This document shows, piece after piece, positions 29,605 to 39,143 of a DNA stretch of 64,000 nucleotides; position 1 is the first letter of the stretch; each line of letters opens with the position of its first letter. The notes beneath the pieces were generated by a model. That model searched no databases. It had not been told where the DNA came from and saw only the letters and a list, made by a program, of their open reading frames with translations. The position numbers and the translations under genes were made by a program. The stretch comes from an uncultured Arcobacter sp. (GTDB taxonomy: Bacteria > Campylobacterota > Campylobacteria > Campylobacterales > Arcobacteraceae), in NCBI GenBank assembly GCA_965140705.1, contig OZ223300.1, positions 1,952,001 to 2,016,000 of the forward strand, written 5' to 3'.

Positions 29605-32600
29605 TCAACTTTCTTTCTTTTTATCATTATCATCATTGTTATTATTATCTAAATTAAACTGTTGTTTACTTCCAAAGGGAAGATTTATTCCACCATTTAA
29701 TACTTGCATCACAATTCCTGGGATGAGTGCAAGTTCATTGGTATTGAGTTGTTGTAAGATTGTTTTTATATCTATTCCACTTTTTAGTAATGCTTCGATA
29801 TCTTTATTTGTTAGTATTGTTTTATTTCTAATTGAACTAATAATTGAACTTAATTGTGATGCTGTATTTGTTTTAGTAACAGGAATATTTCCAATTTGAA
29901 CACTATTATTAGCTGAATATGCTAAAAGAGATGGAAGTTCATAGTTACTAGCAACTCCACCATTTGTTCCATCTTGTAGAGTTATTTCTTTTATAAAGTT
30001 ATTGGCTATTTGATTGCTTGAATTAGCTTTTGCTCCTGTATAGTCTAATGTCTCAGCTCCTACAAGATTTCCAAAGTTTACAAAGCCTGTAAGGTCATCT
30101 GTTCCATCATAATCTTTTTTTGCTTCTAAGGTTAGTGCTCTTTTATTGATAACTAAACTACCATTTTGAAAAGTTAAATTGTAGTTTTCATCTGTACCAC
30201 TTAGGTTTGTATTATAAGTCCCTGCATTTTTACCACTTGCACTATCTCCTGTAACTCCATCAAGTACAGCAACAGTTTCTCCACTTACTAATCCACTTGC
30301 AGTAAAGCCACTACTGTTTTGTACAGTTCCATCATAAGTGCTAGTATTTGAATTTGCAGTGACTGTGATATCTTTTTTATTTGTAGTTAAAGTACCTGTA
30401 TCATAGTTTATGATATACCCTTGTTGAGAAGAGTACAGCCCATCTACATTTATTGTAGCAGTTCCTGCATTTTTTAAATCACCACTTGAAGTATAAGCTA
30501 GAGTACCATTTACTAAAGAGCTATCATAAGTAGGAATAGAGTAAGTTACTCCTGTGCTTCCTCCATTATATACTGTACCATCATAAGTTCTTGTAACATC
30601 ATTTGCTTTTACAGTAAGTTCAGTCATAAAAGTTCTTAAAAGAGGTCTTGTATGACCTTCATAGATTATCCAATCATTGGTAAAATCAAAGCCTGCATAA
30701 GTTGCTTCATCAAAAGCATTTACAGTATTTGTTGAACTGTAGATTCCTGTAGTACCTGTGGTAGCTCCATATCCAACTCCATTTGTTTGTCCTGTGGTAT
30801 CTATATCCCAGTATGAGTTTGTAATAATGGTGGATGTGCTTATTTTCAATCCAACTACTCCTCCTACTCTTGAAACACCTGTCATAGCTCCACTTGTATA
30901 AGAGTTACTTATCGTTCCCTCTCCAGAATCATAACCAACTAAACCACCCACTCTTTCGTTTCCTACAATATTTCCTGAAGAGTAGGAGTTATTTATGTGT
31001 GTTCTGTAAGCATTACCAACTAAACCACCAACACTATTATTTCCACTAACATCTCCAGATGCATATGAGTTACTTATATATAGCTCACTAAAACCAAAAC
31101 TATCTATTTCCCCTACTAAACCACCTATATTATCTCCGCTACCAAATACAGTTGCTGTGGAGTAAGAATTACTTATAGTCAAAACACCTTCTGTAAAAGA
31201 CCCCAATAATCCACCAACATTATAATTTCCACTTACCTTTCCTGTAACATATGAGTCTGTGATGGTTGAAGAATAATTGTATCCAACTACTCCACCAACA
31301 TTATTGCTTCCAGTAATATCCACATTGGTAAGACCAACATTTGAGATATTTGCACCATTGGTATAACCAAATAACCCTACATACTTTTCACTAGGTCTAT
31401 TGATATACAAACCATCTATAACATAACCTTTACCATCAAAGATTCCTGTAAATCTTGTATCTATATTATCCGTAGAGCTATCTCCTATTTGTTTAAATCC
31501 TTTACCACTATTCCAAGTTCTCGTATCACTAGCATCTATGTTTGAACCTAATTCATAATTCCCACCTAGTGCTGTATTTATCCATTGGAGTTGATTGATA
31601 TTATTTATGATTACTTTTCCATTGGCATTAAATATCACTTTAGAATTTGTGTCTGCTGCATTAAAGTAAACTCCACCATTAGTGTTGTTAGTATTTTCAA
31701 TAATAGCATTTACATATATCTCATCTGCTGCATTTAAAGTAAGTTTACTTTGGCTAGACCAAGTGATATCACTATTTACATAAATATCACCATCTGTTGT
31801 ATCTCCATCTGTACTTGTTTCATGAGATGAAGTATCTACTGTAGAAGAAGATGTCTCTGTTTCAATTGTAACATCACCACTTGCAAGTTGAGTCATAATA
31901 GCACTTGCTAAACTTGCATCTATAGTTACATCTACAGGATCAATAAGCCATTCTCCTGCTTCTATTTTTGCATCATTAAAACTAAAGTGTTTTCCTGAAG
32001 TCTCTACAAACCCACCTTTAGCTTTTATAGTTCCAGCTATATTTGCAGTTCCTCCATGGGCATATAGTTCCACATGTCCGTTTATACCATCTAGTGAGTT
32101 TGCTTCTATGATTCCTGTATTATTAACTACTCCTCTTAAAAGTTCATCTACTGCATGGGTAGTTAGATATACTTCTCCACCATCTGCTAGTATAGTTCCT
32201 GAGTTTTCAACTAGGGCATCTAATGTTCCTTTATCTACAGATAAATCTATTAAAGAGTTACCATTTAGATTTATTGTATATTCATCAGCTGATGTAAGTT
32301 GTACTCTTCCTTTTACTGCTTCTATAGTTCCTGAGTTTCTAGCTTCATTTGAAGCAAAGATTACATATCCATTATTTTTAACTTTTATAGTACCTTGGTT
32401 GATAATAGATTCTGTAGAATCTCCTGTAAAAGTATAGTTTCCTTTTTGAAAGTTAGTATCTGAGATATCTTTAGTTGTAGCTAATAGTCCACTAGTATTT
32501 ATTGAAGCATTTTTACCAAATAAAACTCCATTTGAATTAAGTATCCAAACTTGACCATTGGCATTAAGTGCACCATCTATAATACTTCTTTCATTTCCTA

Positions 32601-32886
32601 TTACTCTATTGAGAGTTATACTGTTTACATTTGGTTGATTGAAGTTTACTGTTTCATGTGAGGCTATATTAAACTTATTCCAGTTTATACTAGCTTTTTG
32701 TGTGGATTGGTTTATATTGGTTGTATTTCCATTTTGAGAAATAGTTGCAGTTCCACTTGTTACAACTCCACCACTAGGAGCTGCAAAGCTTAAGCTTACA
32801 CTTCCTAGAAGTGCGCTTACTACTAAGCTTATCTTTCCACCTTTTAGGATTCTAAAACGGGAGCTGTAATTTATGTTTGCTTTCAT
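29605..32886 (-). CDS. TpsA-2: paralogue of TpsA-1 (FHA-N, GLUG, MBG)
   Basis: N- and C-terminal regions near-identical to 20825-23932, with a divergent GLUG region. Confidence 0.9.
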   Translation of the reverse strand: MKANINYSSRFRILKGGKISLVVSALLGSVSLSFAAPSGGVVTSGTATISQNGNTTNINQSTQKASINWNKFNIASHETVNFNQPNVNSITLNRVIGNERSIIDGALNANGQVWILNSNGVLFGKNASINTSGLLATTKDISDTNFQKGNYTFTGDSTESIINQGTIKVKNNGYVIFASNEARNSGTIEAVKGRVQLTSADEYTINLNGNSLIDLSVDKGTLDALVENSGTILADGGEVYLTTHAVDELLRGVVNNTGIIEANSLDGINGHVELYAHGGTANIAGTIKAKGGFVETSGKHFSFNDAKIEAGEWLIDPVDVTIDASLASAIMTQLASGDVTIETETSSSTVDTSSHETSTDGDTTDGDIYVNSDITWSSQSKLTLNAADEIYVNAIIENTNNTNGGVYFNAADTNSKVIFNANGKVIINNINQLQWINTALGGNYELGSNIDASDTRTWNSGKGFKQIGDSSTDNIDTRFTGIFDGKGYVIDGLYINRPSEKYVGLFGYTNGANISNVGLTNVDITGSNNVGGVVGYNYSSTITDSYVTGKVSGNYNVGGLLGSFTEGVLTISNSYSTATVFGSGDNIGGLVGEIDSFGFSELYISNSYASGDVSGNNSVGGLVGNAYRTHINNSYSSGNIVGNERVGGLVGYDSGEGTISNSYTSGAMTGVSRVGGVVGLKISTSTIITNSYWDIDTTGQTNGVGYGATTGTTGIYSSTNTVNAFDEATYAGFDFTNDWIIYEGHTRPLLRTFMTELTVKANDVTRTYDGTVYNGGSTGVTYSIPTYDSSLVNGTLAYTSSGDLKNAGTATINVDGLYSSQQGYIINYDTGTLTTNKKDITVTANSNTSTYDGTVQNSSGFTASGLVSGETVAVLDGVTGDSASGKNAGTYNTNLSGTDENYNLTFQNGSLVINKRALTLEAKKDYDGTDDLTGFVNFGNLVGAETLDYTGAKANSSNQIANNFIKEITLQDGTNGGVASNYELPSLLAYSANNSVQIGNIPVTKTNTASQLSSIISSIRNKTILTNKDIEALLKSGIDIKTILQQLNTNELALIPGIVMQVLNGGINLPFGSKQQFNLDNNNNDDNDKKKES

Positions 32887-32940
32887 ATTATTTTCCTTGT
32901 ATAAAGAAAAGAGAAATCTCTTCTTTTTTTATATACAAGT

Positions 32941-32972
32941 ATTATATTTAGCTATCGTTATATTCACCGTTA
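32941..32972 (-). promoter_or_regulatory. tpsA-2 promoter: TAACG-N7-TAACG-N9-TATAAT
   Basis: Part of a 44-bp exact duplicate of 23980-24023. Confidence 0.75.
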
Positions 32973-34828
32973 CTTTTTTGTATTTTATTTTTAAACCATA
33001 AAAATATATGTGTTCCCTTATCAACTACAACTTTTAAGTCTCCTTCTAATTGATCTGTTGCAAGTGATTCTATCATCATCTCTCCAAAGGTTGCATTTGT
33101 ATTATGACTTTTTCCTATGCCATTGTCTGAAACCTCTAATAATGTCCCATTATCTACATTATTTAGTGAAATTTTTATGATTCCCCCACTTGAATCAAAA
33201 GCATGCTTGATAGCATTTGTAACTAGTTCATTTACTATAAGACCACAATAAATAGCTTCTTCAGTGTCAAGAAAAGAGTTTATATCAAGTTCAAATGTGA
33301 TATTTTCTAGCTCAAAGCTATCTTTTATGTTTTGTAAAACTTTTTCAAAATACTCTTTTGCATCAATATTTACAAGATTTTTTTGATTATAAAGCATCTG
33401 GTGTACGATACTCATAGCATGGATTTTTCTCTCCACATCATGGAGTTTTTCTTGGATATGCTTATCATTGTTATCATTGAGTTTAAGTGCATATAGCGAA
33501 GTGATAAATTGCATGTTGTTTTTAACACGATGATGTAACTCTTTTAGCAGGAGTTCATTTTGTTTTAATTCGTTGTTTAACTCTTGGGTTCTGATGTTTA
33601 CAATTTGTTCTAAACGGTTGGATTCATTTTGTTGTTGTATTAAAAGTGATTGGGTTAAATCATTTTTTTTCTTTTCTAGTGTTTTGATACGATATGCCAA
33701 TGATATAGCGAACAAAATAACCTCTGCCATAATAAGAGTTTCAAAAGTATATTCAAATATATATTTAACAGGAAAAATTCCCATATATTGAAAAAACAAT
33801 GAAAGCCATGCTACTAAAGCGAAACTCCAACCCAATAAGAAAAATTTTGCTTGAGGATTTTTCTTATATAAAGCATAAAAACCTATCCATAAAAAATAAT
33901 ATGGGGTAAAAAACTGAAAAATAACTACTTGTGGAATTGTAAAAATACTAAAGATTTGTAAAACAAAATATATTGGAATGATATAAATAAGAAGCTTCAA
34001 AGTAAAATCTATTTTAGGATAAAGAACAGTATCTAAAAACTTTCTTATAAATAAAGTCATAGTAAAAGTAACGAAAACATTTACATAAAAAACATTTACA
34101 TATAAACTTTTTTTAACAAACTCCATATCATCCATAGGCAAAAAGTAAAGTTTTGGGTATATAGAAAATTGGCTTTGTAATAAAGTTGCAATTAGATATA
34201 AAAAATAATACAGATAAATTTTATCTTTTGTAAAGATAAATAAAAAAGCATTATACAAAACAAGAGAAAATATACCACCAAAAAAAAGTGCCCATATAAT
34301 TTGATGAAAAGTATCTTCTTTATAAAACACTTTTGGCGTATAAAGTTCTGGTTTGAACCATAGGGAAAGTTTTTCATTTTTTACATTTAAATAATAAGTC
34401 TCATAACTATTTGCATTTATATTAATTGGGATATTATGTGTAACAAGACCATGAAATTTTTCAAGATGGTAAATGCCTGTTGTTTTTTTTGATAATACTT
34501 TGTTATTTGAAACTTTATATAAATCAATTCTTTCTGTAGAAAAATTATCTATTTTTAAAATCTTTTGTATAGTTTTATTTGTAGGATTTTGAAGCTCAAA
34601 TTTTATCCATACACCTTCAGGAACCAAGCTGCAATAATCAATAGCTTTTTTATTGGTTGTAATAAATTTATCATCATTTTTTAAAATAATGTTTATGGTC
34701 TCATGATTACCTATATCATGGTATATTTTGGAGTGAGGTAATAGCTCTATAGTTGCTTGTGTATTGACAAGAATAGTTGCTTGTAAATTTATATATAAAA
34801 AAACTAATAAAATAATAGGAATACGCAT
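32948..34828 (-). CDS. 7TM-DISM sensor histidine kinase (HisKA_2 type)
   Basis: Extracellular DISM-like domain, 7 TM helices, ELHHRVKNN, NELVTNAIKHAF and DNGIG. Confidence 0.9.
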   Translation of the reverse strand: MRIPIILLVFLYINLQATILVNTQATIELLPHSKIYHDIGNHETINIILKNDDKFITTNKKAIDYCSLVPEGVWIKFELQNPTNKTIQKILKIDNFSTERIDLYKVSNNKVLSKKTTGIYHLEKFHGLVTHNIPININANSYETYYLNVKNEKLSLWFKPELYTPKVFYKEDTFHQIIWALFFGGIFSLVLYNAFLFIFTKDKIYLYYFLYLIATLLQSQFSIYPKLYFLPMDDMEFVKKSLYVNVFYVNVFVTFTMTLFIRKFLDTVLYPKIDFTLKLLIYIIPIYFVLQIFSIFTIPQVVIFQFFTPYYFLWIGFYALYKKNPQAKFFLLGWSFALVAWLSLFFQYMGIFPVKYIFEYTFETLIMAEVILFAISLAYRIKTLEKKKNDLTQSLLIQQQNESNRLEQIVNIRTQELNNELKQNELLLKELHHRVKNNMQFITSLYALKLNDNNDKHIQEKLHDVERKIHAMSIVHQMLYNQKNLVNIDAKEYFEKVLQNIKDSFELENITFELDINSFLDTEEAIYCGLIVNELVTNAIKHAFDSSGGIIKISLNNVDNGTLLEVSDNGIGKSHNTNATFGEMMIESLATDQLEGDLKVVVDKGTHIFLWFKNKIQKSNGEYNDS

Positions 34829-34880
34829 AAGGCTCTTTTTTTCAAAATTTTAACATAAAAAAAGTGATGTTTTTACAATA

Positions 34881-34912
34881 TAACGATAAATATAACGCAG
34901 AAGTGTTAAAAT
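34881..34912 (+). promoter_or_regulatory. Response-regulator promoter: TAACG-N7-TAACG-N9-TAAAAT, probably leaderless
   Basis: -10 box ends 6 nt before ATG 34919 and there is no SD sequence. Confidence 0.65.
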
Positions 34913-34918
34913 ATTAAC

Positions 34919-35605
34919 ATGAAAAAAATTAACATACTAATCATAGAAGATACAACTTTGACTGCACAAAAGATGAAAAGAACATTACAATGGGCAGGAT
35001 ATCATGTAGTTGCTATTGCAAGTAGAAGTGAAAATGCTTTAGAAGCAATGTTCAAAGAGCATATTGATATTATCATCGCAGATATCAATATCAAAGGGGA
35101 ACTAAATGGTATTGAAACAACGAAGCTTATTCAAAAAAACTTCAATGTTCCAGTTATATTTTTAACATCATACCATGATGATACAACGTTAGCTGAAGCT
35201 TCTAGCGTCAACTTTACAGGATATATTGTAAAACCATATTTAGATGCTCACCTTCTTAGAGAAGTAAAACTAGCCTCTCTTCGTTTTGGACTCAATAATA
35301 AAATTGAGGCAATTAGACTTGATAATGAGTATATTTATGATGTACAAAATAAAGTTTTATTGAAAAATAATCAAAAAATAACTCTAACAAAAAAAGAAGA
35401 ACAATTTTTATATATACTAATACAAAATAAAAACTCTGTAATATCTAATGAATATCTTGATTTAACATTATGGCATGAGAATACAACATATGATGAAAAT
35501 AGAAGACAATTACTTTTTAGACTAAGAAAAAAAGTACCAGAGTTAGATATTCAAACTATAAAAGGTGTAGGTTATATTTTAAAAACAAATACTCCTGATA
35601 TATAG
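34919..35605 (+). CDS. Response regulator, REC plus OmpR-type winged helix
   Basis: IIED, DI.I.D, KP, and C-terminal RLRKK..IQTIKGVGY. Divergent from the kinase. Confidence 0.9.
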   Translation: MKKINILIIEDTTLTAQKMKRTLQWAGYHVVAIASRSENALEAMFKEHIDIIIADINIKGELNGIETTKLIQKNFNVPVIFLTSYHDDTTLAEASSVNFTGYIVKPYLDAHLLREVKLASLRFGLNNKIEAIRLDNEYIYDVQNKVLLKNNQKITLTKKEEQFLYILIQNKNSVISNEYLDLTLWHENTTYDENRRQLLFRLRKKVPELDIQTIKGVGYILKTNTPDI

Positions 35606-35634
35606 TATAAATTTTAGTTATATAATTATGTTAC

Positions 35635-36432
35635 CTAATCTCTAAGTTCCATTATTTTTTCTTGTCCAATTCTATATAGCGCAAAATCATACTTTATAGG
35701 GTCGTTTTTATCAAACTGTTTTAATTTTGTAGTTAGTAAATAGGAAGCATATAAATCACAATTTTTCCTATTTATAAGTCCAAGTTTATTTGATACATTA
35801 AAAGTGTGAGTATCTAGTGGCATTAGTAAGTCTTCACTTGATACACCGTTCCATAATCCCATATCTAAATTATCTTTTCGTACCATCCATCTAAGATACA
35901 TAAACCATCTTTTGTATGCTGCATTTCCCATTTGTTTTATGCTATTTTGCTTATCTCTTTTAAAATTTGATCCAAGTAAAAATTTGTAACCTTGTGAGGT
36001 GTGAGGATTTATTTCATTTATTTTACTTATTATATTATCTATTCCTTCACAGACATTATTATTTATCTTATATTTTTCCACAAATAGTTCATTTAGAGTT
36101 GTTTGTTTTTTTAGTCTTGATAATGCTATAAAAAACTCTTGGATATCTTTGCTATTTTGAAATCTATAATAGTGTTTTTCAAAACTTTTTCTAATACTCT
36201 GTTCATCTTTATTCAAAAGTGAAAAATCCAAACTATCTAAAAACTTTATTATCAAAGATGCTTTTCCATAGGCAAATAGTGCACAAATAAGTGAGATGTA
36301 TTCGTCATTGTGTCTTTTTGCTATAAATAGTGGGTCTGGTCGCTCTAAAGTCAATTCACAATCATTGTTTCTATTAGCAACTTCTATATCTAATAAGTTT
36401 TTTAGTTCTATATCTTTTTTGTTCATAGGCAT
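35635..36432 (-). CDS. TIGR02757 family protein
   Basis: ALFAYG, YRFQ, KR..MYLRWMVR.D..D.GLW, PLDTH and DP.KYDFAL. Confidence 0.88.
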   Translation of the reverse strand: MPMNKKDIELKNLLDIEVANRNNDCELTLERPDPLFIAKRHNDEYISLICALFAYGKASLIIKFLDSLDFSLLNKDEQSIRKSFEKHYYRFQNSKDIQEFFIALSRLKKQTTLNELFVEKYKINNNVCEGIDNIISKINEINPHTSQGYKFLLGSNFKRDKQNSIKQMGNAAYKRWFMYLRWMVRKDNLDMGLWNGVSSEDLLMPLDTHTFNVSNKLGLINRKNCDLYASYLLTTKLKQFDKNDPIKYDFALYRIGQEKIMELRD

Positions 36433-36542
36433 CTTTGGAAGTAAAATCTTTTTCGATATAATAGCATCTTAAGTACAAACAATTAATAAAACTATACTAA
36501 AAATGCTATAGATTAGTACTTATAAAAAATATTAGGTTAAAA

Positions 36543-37364
36543 ATGGCAAATATATTAATAACAGGCTGTTCTTCTGGAATAGGATTAGAAACAGCAAAAC
36601 TTTTAAAAAACAATGGATATAAAGTATATGCAACTGCACGAAAAAAAGAAGATGTGCTTATGTTGCAAGAGTTAGACTTCATCGCTTACAAATTAGATGT
36701 GACTAACCAAGCAGAAATAGCAGAGGTTTTAGAAAAAATCTTAAAACTAGACAGAACTTTAGATGCAGTTTTTAATAATGCAGGATATGGACAACCAGGA
36801 GCTCTTGAAGATGTATCAACGGAGGTTTTAAAAGAACAATTTGAAACTAACTTTTTTGGACTACATGAAGTCACCCTTCAAGCTATGAGAATATTTAGAA
36901 ATCAAGGATATGGTAAGATTATTCAACATAGTTCAATTTTAGGAATTATCTCTTTAAAATTTAGGGGTGCTTATAATGCAAGTAAATATGCAATAGAAGG
37001 TATTGCTGATACCTTAAGACAAGAAGTTATAAATGATAATATTTTTGTAAGTACTATAAATACAGGTCCAGTAACTAGTAAATTTAGAGAGAATTCACTC
37101 AAAAAATTTAATGAACATATCAATATAAAAGATAGTTTTCATAGAAAAACTTATGAAAAAGAGTTAAAAACTAGACTAGAAAGCAAGGATGATGGAGGTT
37201 TATTTAATCTACCACCTTCAAGTGTGGCAAAGGTTGTTTTAAAAATCATGAAAAGTAAAAATCCAAAACCTAGATATTATGTTACAAAAGCAACTTATAT
37301 TCTAGGTTTTGCAAAAAGAATACTTAGTACTAAATTATTAGATAAGTTATTGAATAAATTTTAA
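36543..37364 (+). CDS. Short-chain dehydrogenase/reductase
   Basis: TGCSSGIG, NNAG and YNASK. Confidence 0.93.
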   Translation: MANILITGCSSGIGLETAKLLKNNGYKVYATARKKEDVLMLQELDFIAYKLDVTNQAEIAEVLEKILKLDRTLDAVFNNAGYGQPGALEDVSTEVLKEQFETNFFGLHEVTLQAMRIFRNQGYGKIIQHSSILGIISLKFRGAYNASKYAIEGIADTLRQEVINDNIFVSTINTGPVTSKFRENSLKKFNEHINIKDSFHRKTYEKELKTRLESKDDGGLFNLPPSSVAKVVLKIMKSKNPKPRYYVTKATYILGFAKRILSTKLLDKLLNKF

Positions 37365-37387
37365 AAGAGAAGTAATCCTTCTCTTTT

Positions 37388-39103
37388 TTATGCCTCTTTT
37401 GTCAAATATGGTTTCCCATAAAATCTAACTGTCAAGGCTAAGACTACTAAAGCTATAGGAATCAAATAAGAGACTGAGATTCCAAGAGCTGCTGGGATAT
37501 ATCCAAATACTACAGAAACAACACCTACAAATACAGCATAAGGTAGTTGAGTAGAGATATGGTCCATATGATCACAACTTGATCCCATAGATGAAAGAAT
37601 AGAAGTATCAGAAATAGGAGAACAATGATCTCCAAAAATAGCACCTGTCAAAACAGCACCAATATTTAAAATAATATACTCATTTAAAGCATTAGTATCT
37701 AGTCCATAATTTATTCCAATGGCATTTGCTAAAGGAATAGTAAGTGGCATCAAAATCCCCATTGTCCCATAAGAAGTACCTGTAGAAAAAGAGATTAAAG
37801 AACCAAAAATAAAAATTACAGATGGCAAAATAAATTGAGGCGTATCGTGTGATAAGATTGATACTAAATAAAGAGAAGTACCTAACTCTTTTATAACAGC
37901 AGAAATTGACCAAGCTAATATCAAAATAACAGCAGTAATTACAAGTGCTTTTACTCCATGAACCCAAGTTTCTAAAGCTTCATTTAGATCAAATATTTTT
38001 TGTTGCATTCCCATTGCTATAGCTACAATTGAAGCAAACAAAGCAGCTTCAAATAATACAATAGAAGCATCAGCTCCACCAAAACAATCTCGAATAGAAG
38101 CAAATGAATAAGGATCTGCTTGTACTGCTTTTAAGGCCTCACCTTCTAGGGAATGTAAACCATTAAAATAAAATCCTAAAAATGAAACTATAATTAAAAC
38201 TGAAATTGGGATAATCGCATTCCAAATAGAATAATCGACATTTTTTTTAGGAGCCATAGTTGAAGACTCTTGATTTAAATGTTCTTCTTCATGTCTAATA
38301 TGTCTTGATACTTTTCCTGTAGTTGAAGCTCTAAGAGCTGCTTTATGCATAGGTCCAAATTCTCTTAAAAAATATGCTGTAAAAAATACAAATGCCAACA
38401 TAAAAATATTGTAAAATCTATATGCAATAGTATCCACAAAAATTGCATAAGCATTTATATCAACTCGACCTATTGTTGCATAAGCATCTTTTATTAAAGA
38501 GATTTCATAACCAATCCAAGTAGAAATAAGTGCAATACCAGCTATTGGTGCAGCTGTTGCATCTATAATAAAAGCTAACTTTTCCCTTGCTATTTTTAAA
38601 CTATCTGTAACTGGTCTCATAATAGGACCAATAATTAATGAATTTGCATAATCATCAAAAAAGATAAAAAATCCCATCACCCAAGTGTAAATTTGTGCAC
38701 TTGCAGGAGTTTTTGCCTTTTTTGCAAGAGATTTTGCTATAGCTCTTGGTCCACCCATTTTAGTAATAACTGCAATCAAACCACCGATAGTTAGAACTTG
38801 TAAAATAATACCTGCATTCCATGAATCTGCCATTGAACCAATCATTTTACTAACCATATCCATAAAACCAGCAATTAAAGCAGCAAAAATATCACCATTT
38901 ATAATATTTACTAAAAATGTTCCACTAAATATTCCTATAAATAAAGAAAATATTACATTTCTAGTTATAAAAGCTAATAAAATAGCAACAACTGGTGGGA
39001 TTAAAGTCCAAGCCCCAAAAAGCTCGGCATTTGCCTTATTATCTGCAAGCAATATAATTGGCAAAAATGATAAAAATAATATACTATTTTTTAATTTATT
39101 CAA
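37388..39103 (-). CDS. NhaC-family Na+/H+ antiporter / amino-acid transporter
   Basis: FFDDYAN, SFSTGTSYGT and GDHCSPISD motifs. Confidence 0.88.
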   Translation of the reverse strand: MNKLKNSILFLSFLPIILLADNKANAELFGAWTLIPPVVAILLAFITRNVIFSLFIGIFSGTFLVNIINGDIFAALIAGFMDMVSKMIGSMADSWNAGIILQVLTIGGLIAVITKMGGPRAIAKSLAKKAKTPASAQIYTWVMGFFIFFDDYANSLIIGPIMRPVTDSLKIAREKLAFIIDATAAPIAGIALISTWIGYEISLIKDAYATIGRVDINAYAIFVDTIAYRFYNIFMLAFVFFTAYFLREFGPMHKAALRASTTGKVSRHIRHEEEHLNQESSTMAPKKNVDYSIWNAIIPISVLIIVSFLGFYFNGLHSLEGEALKAVQADPYSFASIRDCFGGADASIVLFEAALFASIVAIAMGMQQKIFDLNEALETWVHGVKALVITAVILILAWSISAVIKELGTSLYLVSILSHDTPQFILPSVIFIFGSLISFSTGTSYGTMGILMPLTIPLANAIGINYGLDTNALNEYIILNIGAVLTGAIFGDHCSPISDTSILSSMGSSCDHMDHISTQLPYAVFVGVVSVVFGYIPAALGISVSYLIPIALVVLALTVRFYGKPYLTKEA

Positions 39104-39143
39104 ATTTTTCTCCGTATTAAATTTTATTTTTGATAGTTCTATT

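Noticed and set aside
20825..32886. Diversity-generating retroelement (template/variable repeat pair) between the tpsA copies
   Set aside because: No reverse transcriptase in the window, and differences between copies are not adenine-specific.
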